DNA from: a virus
Lineage: Duplodnaviria > Caudoviricetes
DNA length: 64,000 nt
IMG/VR virus record: IMGVR_UViG_3300033463_000015
Strand: one strand, 5' to 3'
Of the stretch, positions 28,000 through 38,364 are shown one piece after another (the first letter of the stretch is position 1; every line of letters starts with the position of its first letter). Position numbers and translations under genes: made by a program. The notes beneath the pieces are model-generated. The model worked only from the letters and a program-made list of their open reading frames with translations, was not told the origin of the DNA and did not search any database.

Positions 28000-29120
28000 C
28001 AAATTGGTTTGAACTTGGAGTAATGAAGTATTGGGCTCCAACTAGCGCTATGTCTCCTGAAGTGCGGCAACAGCATCTTGAAGATATGGCGGCTAGTGGT
28101 AAATATCTATGGAGCGAGAAGTTTGATGGCAATTTTAGTCGTGCGGTTATTACGCCAGACAGAAATGCGCTTCAAACTCGTGGTATTAGTAAAGTTACTG
28201 GAACTTATTCAGAGCTGCAAGATAAAGTATTTTTCTGGGATAATGTATTAAACGCCTTCCAAAATACAACTGTAATCCTTGGAGAAATATATTTACCCGG
28301 CGGCATTGATAAGGATGTTGGTAGCATTACTAGATGTCTAGTTGATAAGGCTCGCGCTCGTCAAAAGGACGTAAAGCTGGAATGGCGCATCTTTGATGTG
28401 CTGGCGCTAGATGGCGAAGAGTTTCTAGACAAACCTATTGAATATCGTGTTCAGTTTATTCCTGATGTTGTAAAACGTATTAATTCTCCACTTGTAAAAG
28501 GCATTACTTATCATCAAATGGATGAAACATTCTTTGATGAAATTCTAAAAATTTTTGAACGCGGCGGTGAAGGAGCTGTATGCTATAAGAAAGGCATCCT
28601 ATATACCCCCGATAAGCGTTCAAGTGCTTGGACTACTTGTAAGGTAAAACAAGAAATTTCATCTGATATTGATTGCTTCATTACAGATGTTGAAAAGCCA
28701 ACTAAACTTTATACTGGTAAGGAACTTACTTCTTGGCCATTCTGGGAAGAAGCTAGAACGAGTAAACTAGTATATGGTGAATATTTTGGTGAATATAGAA
28801 CCGGCGGCGCTTACACTCCAGTTACTAAAAATTATTATTATAATTATCCCGGAGCTATTTATGTAAGCGTTTTTAACCGTAAAGGTGACCCAATTCAGCT
28901 CTGTAAAGTAGCTGGCCTAACAGATGAACTTAAAGCAGAACTACGAGATAATTTTGAAAATTGGTATATGTGCCCGCTAACTATTGGTGGTATGATGGTT
29001 TCAACCGCAAATGCCGCTAAAGATGGCACTGGTATTTCCATTCGTCATCCTTATATTAAACGTATTCGTAAGGATGATTTGAACCCGGAAGATTGTACTC
29101 TTGAAAAAATTATTTCTTAA
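27996..29120 (+). CDS. ATP-dependent DNA ligase
   Basis: SEKFDG, LGE, FDVL, EGAV, SIRHP. Confidence 0.85.
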   Translation: MTNWFELGVMKYWAPTSAMSPEVRQQHLEDMAASGKYLWSEKFDGNFSRAVITPDRNALQTRGISKVTGTYSELQDKVFFWDNVLNAFQNTTVILGEIYLPGGIDKDVGSITRCLVDKARARQKDVKLEWRIFDVLALDGEEFLDKPIEYRVQFIPDVVKRINSPLVKGITYHQMDETFFDEILKIFERGGEGAVCYKKGILYTPDKRSSAWTTCKVKQEISSDIDCFITDVEKPTKLYTGKELTSWPFWEEARTSKLVYGEYFGEYRTGGAYTPVTKNYYYNYPGAIYVSVFNRKGDPIQLCKVAGLTDELKAELRDNFENWYMCPLTIGGMMVSTANAAKDGTGISIRHPYIKRIRKDDLNPEDCTLEKIIS

Positions 29121-29161
29121 TTATTATAAAACTGTCTCATTGAGATGGGAGGAGGGCAAAT

Positions 29162-29770
29162 ATGGACCCAGATTTCAATTTCCTAGTCCAAGATGATACA
29201 TCTGGATTAGACCCTGTAATGTATCAGTATTATCATCAAATGAATGATAATCGAACCCTTATTCTCAATACAGAAATTGATGAACGTATTGTAGAGATGA
29301 TTTATCTACCAATGAGAGATTGGGAAAATGACAGTGATACGCGCCCTGTGACGCTTATATTAAATTCACAAGGAGGTTGTGTATCAGACGGATTTTTCCT
29401 CGCTTAGTATATTAGCCAGTATAAGAAGCCGCTACATATTATTGTTCCTGGTTATGCTGCGTCTATGGCGGCTGTAATTCTAGCTGGCGGCGGCAATAAC
29501 GAAAATGTAACTCGTTTCTGCTTCCCAAGCACTTATGCGTTAATTCACGATGGATATGTGGCATTAAGCGCCAGTGAGGCTAAAACCGCTAATGATATTA
29601 TGGCTTTTAATAACAAGGTAGATGAAGACATTCGTAAATTCATCATTGATAATACTAACATTACCGCAGAAGAATATGATACCCACGCTAGGCACCAATG
29701 GTTTTTATCCGCTGATGAGATGAAGAAGTATAATCTCGTGGATAAAATTTATGGTGTTGATGCTGAATGA
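29162..29770 (+). CDS. clpP: ClpP-family protease; TAG=Gln
   Basis: LNSQGG, AASMAA, IHD, WFLSADE...LVDKI. Confidence 0.8.
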
Positions 29771-31005
29771 ATATAAACTTTTTAGATACTTCTGCGGTGC
29801 TCAATGGGGCTTATAAGAGATTTGAAAACGTATATATTAGTCCTATTGTATTAATGGAACTTGAAAATATAAAAACTTCACAAAAAGATGAGAAAACTAA
29901 GTATCTCGCACGGCAAGCTGTGCGAGATCTTATTACATCAAAAGATATACATTTTATTACTGCTGATATTAATTGTAAAAAGAAATTTAAAAAATATCCA
30001 TTTTTACAAGATATACACGATCATTGGCTAATAGCAGAGGCCGCGGCATTAAAGAATCATAAAGATGAAGTATTTTTTATGACCGCCGATGGCGCTTAGT
30101 TTTTGATTGCTAAATAGGTGCCGGAAATACAAGCTATTTATTTAGGAGAAATTGAACAACCACATATTGAGCATACTGAATATTGTGGATGGGGAAAATA
30201 TTATCCAACTACTTAGCAAATGGCGCAACTATATTAGTGCCCAACAATGAATACATTAAAATGTCCAACAAATTCTTTTGCTGAAATTTTTGTAGGAGAA
30301 GAATTAAAAGATGTATTATTCTGGAACGGACACGAATACACACCATTAAATTGTAAAGATATTAAAAATGTATATACTGGCGAAGTAATTAAACCTAGGA
30401 ATTTAGAGCAAAAAATGGCAATACATTTGCTACAAAACCAAGACATAAAAGTAAAGCTACTTACTTCTGCTTGGGGTAGCGGTAAAACATTATTGGCTTT
30501 AAATTACGCATTAGAACAAGTAGCCCGCGGCCGCTAGCCTAAAATTACTTTTATTCGTAATAATATTATTGTTGCTGATACAAAGGACATTGGCTTTGTG
30601 CCAGGAGATGTGCGGCAAAAGATGAGTATGTGGGGTGGAGTAATAGCTGACCATTTAGGCGGTCAAATGATGCTGGACCAACTTATTGATGATGGCATTA
30701 TTGAAATATTCCCTATTTCTCATATTAGAGGTCGTTCTATAAAAGGTATCATCTTTTGTGATGAATGTGAAAATTTAAATGATAAATTAGTAACATTATT
30801 ACTTAGCCGCGTTGAAGATGGCGGCGAAATTATATTCTGTGGCGATGTTGCACAAATTGATAGCCCACGATTTGAATAGAATAATGGTATTAGAGCTATG
30901 CTAGATAATTTAGTCGGCGACCCATTATTTGGAACTGTAAAATTATTAAAATCAGAGCGTGGCCCAATTCCACAATTGTGCGATAAAATTATTCCGCCAA
31001 GATAA
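29767..31005 (+). CDS. phoH: PIN-PhoH family protein; several TAG=Gln
   Basis: FLDTS PIN start, PRNLEQ, GSGKT, IRGRS, DECEN, GDVAQID. Confidence 0.85.
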
Positions 31006-31063
31006 CTAAATGGGGTAAGTCTAATGACTTACCCCGCATATTTTCGTTTATAGGAGAGATTAT

Positions 31064-31738
31064 ATGAAAGTATTAGTAGCTTGCGAAGAGTCTTAGAGAA
31101 TAACTATTGAAATGCGTAAATTAGGAAATGAATGTTATTCTTGTGATATTGATGAGCCATCTGGCGAGCATCCTGAATGGCATATACTTGGAGATGTACT
31201 GCCATATATAAATGGTAATTGTACTTTTAAAACTATGGATGGCACCGAGCATACCATATACGGTCAGTGGGATTTACTTATTGCCCACCCGCCCTGTACT
31301 TATCTCACAGTATCTGGTAATAGATGGTTCAATGTAGAAAAGTATGGTGAAAAAGCATTAGAGAGAATTAAACAGCGCGAAGATGCTGTAGAATTTTTTC
31401 TTAAATTTATTAACGCTAAGTGTGACCGCATATGTGTCGAGAATCCAGTAGGATATATGAATACACATTATCGCAAACCGGATCAAATTATTCAACCATT
31501 CTGGTTTGGTGATCCAGAGCGCAAAACTACTTGCTTGTGGCTAAAAAATTTACCCGCGCTAAAACCAACTGATATGGTAGACCCAGATATTACAGATAGT
31601 TCTACTGGCCATAGCGGCTATAGTTCTTGGCATATGGATATGCAATTTATTGGTAAGTCTAAAAAAGAAAGAAGTAAATGGCGCAGTAAAACATTCCCGG
31701 GAATAGCAAAAGCTATCGCAGAATAGTGGGGACAATAA
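31064..31738 (+). CDS. Phage DNA (cytosine) methyltransferase-like; TAG=Gln
   Basis: MKVLVACEES[TAG]R, HPPCT, ENPVG, RSKTFPGIAKAIAE[TAG]WG. Confidence 0.8.
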
Positions 31739-31795
31739 TATTTGACAAGATTGGAAAATTATGTTATAATAAAGAAAAAACGAGGTATTTTTAAT

Positions 31796-32422
31796 ATGGA
31801 ACAAAATAAGCCACTCGGTTATCTCGGCGGCGATATTATGACTTTTGGTTCTAATTTAGCGCGCCAGTATGAGTATGATAAGTTTAAAGAAGCGGGTATC
31901 CCCGGTTCTGTATATAGTCCTGTAATGAACAAGTCTATTAATGACAAATCTAATATGACAGAAGAAGAAAATAATCATCTAGCAGAAAAGATTTGTGAAG
32001 CCGATATTGAGCGGCTTTGGAATAGCGATTATACCGTGCTTTGTCCAGAACAGTCAGCTATTGGCACAATGTGCGAAATGGGCGTTCTTTATGGATGGAA
32101 GTATATGTGCGAAAAATTACTTGACGTTTTTATAACCGCAATGGATAATGATGAGCCAGATTGGAAAAAAATTTTGAATCAAATGATGAATGAAATCTTA
32201 CGAATTGATAGAAAGGCTAATTATGCTCATTATTTTGACATCCGTACAAATCATCTTAATGAGAAAGATTGGCGGCGAAGCTTCTCAATTAATCAAATGC
32301 TTTATGGTATGATTTTGTATGCCACGCAAGATCATACACTACATAATTCATTTGATGAAATCATTCCTCTCTTAAAAGAACAATATGGAAGTGAGGCGAA
32401 TGAATCATCCGGTTCTAATTAA
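31796..32422 (+). CDS. Nucleoside 2-deoxyribosyltransferase-like
   Basis: YLGG, YSP, ADIERL, GTMCEMG. Confidence 0.7.
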   Translation: MEQNKPLGYLGGDIMTFGSNLARQYEYDKFKEAGIPGSVYSPVMNKSINDKSNMTEEENNHLAEKICEADIERLWNSDYTVLCPEQSAIGTMCEMGVLYGWKYMCEKLLDVFITAMDNDEPDWKKILNQMMNEILRIDRKANYAHYFDIRTNHLNEKDWRRSFSINQMLYGMILYATQDHTLHNSFDEIIPLLKEQYGSEANESSGSN

Positions 32423-32936
32423 TCATAATACACACACTTTAATCGCAACAAAAATTGAACCTATATTAGACCAATATGACAAACCTTCACCATATCATAT
32501 TCGCCAGCTAACTTGGAGATATTGGACAAAAGACCAGAAACAGCATTACGATAAAATTGAAATTCAAGTTCTTTCAGACAGAGAAGAATACTTTACATTT
32601 GCTCGTAATTGCCCAGATACCCCTCCTCTTTTGTATGTAAAACAATATAATGAAGAATTTATTGTCACATCTGGCGATTATCAATGTATATCAATTTACA
32701 ATTTAACTCGTCGTGAATTTAAAGAATATGTATATCCCAGAGATGACGTATTAATTCATTATAGAGGTTTTTGCCCTAAAGAATATGAATGGAGAGACTT
32801 TGATGATACATTAACAATTACAGGACAAGTTCCATATGGGCCTATGGAAATTATGCTTATACATCATATAGATTTAAATAATATAACATTTCAAGAAATT
32901 GATTGGGATGATTATTATGAGGATAAAGGAGAATAA
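32400..32936 (+). CDS. Hypothetical protein
   Basis: ORF within the operon. Confidence 0.6.
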   Translation: MNHPVLINHNTHTLIATKIEPILDQYDKPSPYHIRQLTWRYWTKDQKQHYDKIEIQVLSDREEYFTFARNCPDTPPLLYVKQYNEEFIVTSGDYQCISIYNLTRREFKEYVYPRDDVLIHYRGFCPKEYEWRDFDDTLTITGQVPYGPMEIMLIHHIDLNNITFQEIDWDDYYEDKGE

Positions 32937-32938
32937 AT

Positions 32939-34207
32939 ATGCTTTATGATATTAATGATAGACTACCCATTCGGCGACTAATTGTTGCCGCATTCCAGCA
33001 AGTAATTGCTTGCTTTGTTGCTACAGTACTAATTCCTTCTATCTGCGGAGTGCCTATTGCTCCAGCAATGGTAGGTGCGGCAATTGGTACTCTTATTTAT
33101 CAGTTATGCACTCGTGGCCAAAGCCCTATGTTTATTAGTTCCTCTGGCGGTTTCGTGGCAGCCGTCATTGGCGCTTTAACACTAGGCACTGCACCTAATT
33201 TCACTGCTGTTCTAATTGGCGGCGTTATTGTATGTCTAATCTACTGTATTGTAGGTTTAGTAATTAATAAGTGCGGAACAGCTTGGATTAATAAGTTGCT
33301 ACCACCATACGTTATTGGTCCTGTCGTTATGGTAATTGGTCTAAACCTTGCTACATTCCTACCAACTTACTTCCAAGTAAATGGTGAATATAGTCTCATT
33401 GGTTTTGGACTTGGTATGCTAACTTTAGCTGTAACTGCTCTCATTTCACATTATGGAAAAGGTTTTATTAAAAACTTACCATTCCTATTTTCAATTTTTA
33501 TTGTATATGGTATTTCTGTAATTCTTACACTATGCGGCATTCCAATTGTCAATTTTGAACCTTTCCATAATTTACAGATTTTCCAGATGCCAGATTTTGC
33601 ATTCTTCCATCTTGATTTTGCTAACTTTGATTGGAGTACAATGCCACAGATTCTCTTACTATTTGCACCACTCTCATTGGTTTGCCTATGTGAGCATATT
33701 TCAGACCATAAGGCACTTAGTGCAGTTATTGGTACTGATCTAACCCAAAATCCCGGTGTTGGCCATACTCTAATTGGTGATGGTATTGCTACCGCTTTTG
33801 GTACTCTAATTGGCTCTATTCCTAACACTTCTTACGGTGAAAGTGTAGGCACAACTGGCTTTAGTAAGATTTGCTCTAAGTATGTAATTACACTTGCCGC
33901 AATTATTATGGGCGTAGCAGCCTTCTTTGGCCCGCTACAGGCACTACTTGTATCACTACCATCCGCTATTTTTGGTGGTTGCGCGGCTATTTTATATGGC
34001 TATATTACCCTTTCTGGTGTTCGTACTATTAAAGACAATAATCTTGACCTAAACGATAATAAGGTTGTGACAATTATTGCCTCAATTTTAACCATTGGCG
34101 TCTCTGGTGTTGTATGTAATTTTGGCGTAGTAAGTATTGGGACCACAGCACTTGCTATGTTTGTAGGTATCATTTTAAATCTAATTTTAAGAAATAAGGA
34201 GCATTAA
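32939..34207 (+). CDS. Uracil/xanthine permease (NCS2, UraA/PyrP-like)
   Basis: Many TM segments, PNTSYGE signature. Confidence 0.9.
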   Translation: MLYDINDRLPIRRLIVAAFQQVIACFVATVLIPSICGVPIAPAMVGAAIGTLIYQLCTRGQSPMFISSSGGFVAAVIGALTLGTAPNFTAVLIGGVIVCLIYCIVGLVINKCGTAWINKLLPPYVIGPVVMVIGLNLATFLPTYFQVNGEYSLIGFGLGMLTLAVTALISHYGKGFIKNLPFLFSIFIVYGISVILTLCGIPIVNFEPFHNLQIFQMPDFAFFHLDFANFDWSTMPQILLLFAPLSLVCLCEHISDHKALSAVIGTDLTQNPGVGHTLIGDGIATAFGTLIGSIPNTSYGESVGTTGFSKICSKYVITLAAIIMGVAAFFGPLQALLVSLPSAIFGGCAAILYGYITLSGVRTIKDNNLDLNDNKVVTIIASILTIGVSGVVCNFGVVSIGTTALAMFVGIILNLILRNKEH

Positions 34208-34211
34208 TTTT

Positions 34212-35525
34212 ATGACAGCATTTCTAGATAAGCATTTTCATATCACTGAACGCGGTTCTACAATTGGCCGCGAAATTATTGGCGGCCTTGTAACCTTTAT
34301 GGCTATGGCCTATATTATCTTTGTAAATCCCTCCATTCTAGGCGCAACTGGAATGGATTATACTGCGCTAACATTAGCTACTTGTATTAGTGCCGCAGTA
34401 GGCACACTACTCACAGCCTTTATGGCTAATGTGCCGTTCGCGCAGGCTCCGGGTCTAGGTATTAATGCGCTATTCACATATACTCTATGTATGAAGATTG
34501 GTTATACTTGGCAGCAGTGCCTAGCTATTACCTTTATTAGTGGTCTAATCTTCCTAGGTATTACTCTATCTCCACTACGTAACAAGATTATTGAGGCAAT
34601 TCCAGCGCAGCTCAAGCGCGCAATTAGCGTAGGTATTGGTCTCTTTATTGCTCTAATTGGTTTAATTAATGCAGGTATTGTAACTGCTAATAACAATCTA
34701 CTTGACCTTGGCGCAATTACAAGTGGCGCTCCACTATTAGCCCTAATTGGTCTAGCAATTACAGCTATTTTACTTGTATTTAAGATTCGTGGTGCAATTC
34801 TATATTCCATTATTGCAACTACAGTTATCGGTATTCCTCTTGGCGTCACTAGTACAGCTGTAACTTTCAATTTTGAAAATCTCTCACTCGCACCAACATT
34901 CTTCCAACTCTCATTTACTGGCCTAACCGCCCTAGGCATCTTCCCGCTAATTACATCCATTCTAACTCTATGTATGTGTGACTGCTTTGATACTGTTGGT
35001 ACTCTTACTGGATGCGCGGCCGGTTGCGATATGCTAGATGAAGATGGTAATATGAAGAGCAAAGATATGTCTCGCGCCCTAACTGCTGATGCTATTGCTA
35101 CTTGTACCGGATCTCTATTAGGCACTAGCACTGTAACTACATTCGTTGAGAGTTCTACTGGTGTCGCGACCGGCGCTCGTACGGGTCTAGCCTCTATTGT
35201 AACAGGTGTTCTATTTGCGCTAGCTTGCTTATTTGCGCCAATTGCTGGTATTGTACCTTCCGCCGCAACCGCTCCCGCTCTAATTATCGTTGGTATCTTT
35301 ATGATGAAGAATGTAATTCATATTGATTGGAGCGATATGGAAATTGCTATTCCCGCTTTCTTAACAATTACAATGATGCCATTCTCTTATTCAATTAGTG
35401 ATGGTATTGGATTTGGTCTAATTTCTTATGTTCTACTAAAGGTCATTCGCGGCAAGTTTAAGGAAATCCCAATTTTGATGTATTTCTTGGCGGCATTGTT
35501 CGTTGTAATGTATATTGTAGCATAA
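34212..35525 (+). CDS. Guanine/hypoxanthine permease (AzgA/PbuG-like NCS2)
   Basis: TFMAMAYIIFVNP, APGLG, FDTVGT, ESSTGV..GARTG. Confidence 0.9.
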   Translation: MTAFLDKHFHITERGSTIGREIIGGLVTFMAMAYIIFVNPSILGATGMDYTALTLATCISAAVGTLLTAFMANVPFAQAPGLGINALFTYTLCMKIGYTWQQCLAITFISGLIFLGITLSPLRNKIIEAIPAQLKRAISVGIGLFIALIGLINAGIVTANNNLLDLGAITSGAPLLALIGLAITAILLVFKIRGAILYSIIATTVIGIPLGVTSTAVTFNFENLSLAPTFFQLSFTGLTALGIFPLITSILTLCMCDCFDTVGTLTGCAAGCDMLDEDGNMKSKDMSRALTADAIATCTGSLLGTSTVTTFVESSTGVATGARTGLASIVTGVLFALACLFAPIAGIVPSAATAPALIIVGIFMMKNVIHIDWSDMEIAIPAFLTITMMPFSYSISDGIGFGLISYVLLKVIRGKFKEIPILMYFLAALFVVMYIVA

Positions 35526-35529
35526 TTTC

Positions 35530-35556
35530 AAGGAGCCAAAATTTGGCTCCTTTTTA
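35530..35556 (+). terminator. Intrinsic terminator abutting the next promoter
   Basis: AAGGAGCCAAA/TTTGGCTCCTT then T run. Confidence 0.7.
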
Positions 35557-35617
35557 TTTGACTTTTTTTAAAATTAGTGTATAATATAATTGAAGAAAAG
35601 GAAAGGAAGTGCTGAGT

Positions 35618-35992
35618 ATGGGTATGGATATGAATATGTGGCGTGCGCGGCGGGCCGAGGATATCAACGCTTACTACCACGGGGATTTCGGTTTTACCGA
35701 ATACGATTACTACAACGATGGTGATGAGGAAGACACCGCTCCAGTCGTAGAGATCTATTATTCTCGCAAGTTTTGGGATCTCTACAATGCTATGTCTTTT
35801 ACTCACGATTATGAATGCGGTGAATATATTCGTCTTACCAAGGCCGAAGTAAAGGAAATGCTTGACTTTTCTATTGCCAACCCTGACTATTTTGATGACT
35901 TTGGAACTGTTCAGTCTCTTTGCCGCATTTATTATAAGTTTGATGAATGGGAAGCTCGTGGGCTTCACGTATTCTTTGAATGCGATTGGTAA
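35618..35992 (+). CDS. Acidic hypothetical protein
   Basis: Promoter 35558-35585 and RBS. Confidence 0.65.
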   Translation: MGMDMNMWRARRAEDINAYYHGDFGFTEYDYYNDGDEEDTAPVVEIYYSRKFWDLYNAMSFTHDYECGEYIRLTKAEVKEMLDFSIANPDYFDDFGTVQSLCRIYYKFDEWEARGLHVFFECDW

Positions 35993-36076
35993 AGAATTTA
36001 TTATAGATTTACTTTAAATATATTACCTATCTATTATAGATAGGTAATATTGTTTTTACTGGAGGTGTGTGATTGA

Positions 36077-36271
36077 ATGACACAAACACATAATAATGTA
36101 AAAGAAATATGTGATCACTTTATTGATTGGATGTGGAAAAATGGATATACACAACAAGAAGTCGCAAAAATATTAGAAGTCTCACGCTCACATTTCAATA
36201 AAGTTATTAATGGAAGAACTAATCCATCTATTTATTTATTAGAAAAAATAGAAAAACTAATGGAGGAGTAA
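36077..36271 (+). CDS. XRE-family HTH regulator
   Basis: YTQQEVAKILEVSRSHFNKVINGRTNPS. Confidence 0.85.
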   Translation: MTQTHNNVKEICDHFIDWMWKNGYTQQEVAKILEVSRSHFNKVINGRTNPSIYLLEKIEKLMEE

Positions 36272-36273
36272 TT

Positions 36274-36447
36274 ATGGCGCTTTATGCTGTATTTAATATG
36301 AAAGTAGCAAATGAATTAGAAAAGCAAGGATTTAAAGTTGTAAAAATGGATAAAAATCATAAAGATCCACGATATATGGTATATTATTTTGAAGATAGTG
36401 TAGAATTTAGAGAAGCATTACGTCCACTAATTACAAAAAAGAAATAA
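36274..36447 (+). CDS. Small hypothetical protein
   Basis: MALYAVFNMKVANELEKQGF...VYYFED; RBS GGAGG. Confidence 0.6.
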   Translation: MALYAVFNMKVANELEKQGFKVVKMDKNHKDPRYMVYYFEDSVEFREALRPLITKKK

Positions 36448-36482
36448 CCTAAACATATAAACAAATAAACGAGGTGTATAAT

Positions 36483-36875
36483 ATGAATTATGCCAACCAA
36501 TTAAAATTGGTTTTAACCAATTTAGAACAAATACTTCATAAAGCAGGAAGTAAAAATAGATTTATTCAGCCTATTGATTTCAAATATGAAGCCGCCGCAA
36601 TGCGTAATCTCAACGGCAATACTTTTAAGGTATGGAGATATTTACTTCGTTGGTACGGTAAGCCAACACAGTTTTACTATTCTCCTGCGGCAATTCGTAA
36701 GGAATTAGGCTTAGGAGAAAATGGTGCTACTTCTGCGCGAAAAGAATTAGAGTTAAAAGGATATATTCAACCAGTAGATGGCAAACCTAATGTATATACT
36801 TTTACTCCAGTTCTTCCTATTGATTATGAAACATTAAAAAATAAGAATGATTGGGATGAAGGTGAAGACGAATGA
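36483..36875 (+). CDS. Winged-HTH protein, candidate replication initiator
   Basis: IRKELGL...ARKELELKGYI; directly upstream of iterons. Confidence 0.6.
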   Translation: MNYANQLKLVLTNLEQILHKAGSKNRFIQPIDFKYEAAAMRNLNGNTFKVWRYLLRWYGKPTQFYYSPAAIRKELGLGENGATSARKELELKGYIQPVDGKPNVYTFTPVLPIDYETLKNKNDWDEGEDE

Positions 36876-36877
36876 TG

Positions 36878-37066
36878 CCACGAAAAAAGTGGTATTGATG
36901 GACACGAAAATCGTGGCAATATTCCACGAAAATCGTGCCATTCATAGGGACAAAAATCGTGGATATGCCACAAAAATCGTGGAACATTCCACGAAAATTG
37001 TGTAAGTAATATAAATATAATATAAATATAAATAATAATATAAAATATAAATATCAAATAAAAATA
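36878..37066. repeat. Six palindromic iteron-like repeats plus AT-rich tract (putative origin)
   Basis: CCACGAAAATCGTGG-like units at 36878, 36902, 36924, 36948, 36968 and 36989, then ~60 nt almost entirely A/T. Confidence 0.75.
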
Positions 37067-37146
37067 TGGTTGGCGGCCGCCAACATAATAAAAATTTGAC
37101 AATTTTCAAAAACTATGATATAATAGAAGAAAAAGGAGAAATTATT

Positions 37147-38304
37147 ATGTAGATATTAGATAGTTATCCTTCAATGTCTCCATCGTTCTGGTTTATATTA
37201 TCATTAATTGGTATTGTTGGCGGTGTAGCTGGAGTAGTTATATTAATGATGGATAATAAAGAAATTCCTGCTGTCATATGCTCAATTATAGTACTTATAA
37301 GTATAGTTTGTTCTGTTATACTTCCAGAAGATGTTCCTAACGGAAAAACAACTTATGTTATACAAGTAGATGATACTATAAACTTTAATGAATTTTATAG
37401 ACAATATGATATTTTAAGTAAGGAACCATACACAAATATTTATAGAGTTGAGGAGAGAGAAAACAATGATTAAACTAATTGGCGCCCGCAATACAGGTAA
37501 GACAAAACTACTACTTGAGGCCGCGAATAAGGTTCAAGGCACTGTACTTGCGGAAAATAAGGAAGCACTAAAAGTAAAGGCAAATGCTTATGGCTTCTAT
37601 GATGTGCATATTATTAATTATCAAGACCTAATTGACGGTAATTACTATTTCGGCGAACCTTTTTACATCCAGAAGGCAGAATTATTCCTCGATGCTCTAT
37701 CTAAAGAACACGGACTTGACCTTCAAGGAATTACATTTACGGAGGATTAAAATGAAGAAGTACGATTATTATGATGCTATGTATGGCGATATTGATGATT
37801 ACATAGCAACTAATAGCATTGATCTACATAGCTATGGTGATGATATAGAAGAAGTTGCTGAAAAATTAGAAGAAGAACTATGGGGCGAAGATGTAATAAC
37901 CGGAAACGGCGGCTTCGGTTATGATAGTAATTCTAATTGTGAAGAATATTTGTGCCATAATTTAGACATTCTATTTGAAGCAATTTATGATTTTGATTTT
38001 GACACTAATTATCATCATTTAGATAAAGACAATTTGCCAAAAACACTTGATAGCCTAATTCGTTGCTATCTACTAAATAGCGTATTGTATGCTTATGTAA
38101 AAGATAATTGGAGGGATGATGAAAATGGCTGAATATCCATACATTAAAATTAGTTATACCATTGATATAGATGCTATTGAAAAAGATGTAAAAACGCTTA
38201 AAGAAATTCTAATGCGGCTATCTACTGGACTTAATCAAGAAATTATTCTTATTATGGGCGATGAAGTTATTAGAATTGATGAAAGTAATAAGTCAAGTAA
38301 TTAA
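37147..38304 (+). CDS. Four small hypothetical ORFs (membrane protein with TAGs, P-loop-like, acidic, small)
   Basis: Contiguous ORFs with RBSs after a promoter at ~37096. Confidence 0.55.
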
Positions 38305-38364
38305 AACTTGACTTTTTTCTAACTTATGGTATAATATTATTATAAGGAAAAGGAGGCTGATAAA

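Noticed and set aside
36878-37003. CRISPR array
   Set aside because: Repeats are 15 bp with only 5-9 bp between them and there are no cas genes; iterons fit better.
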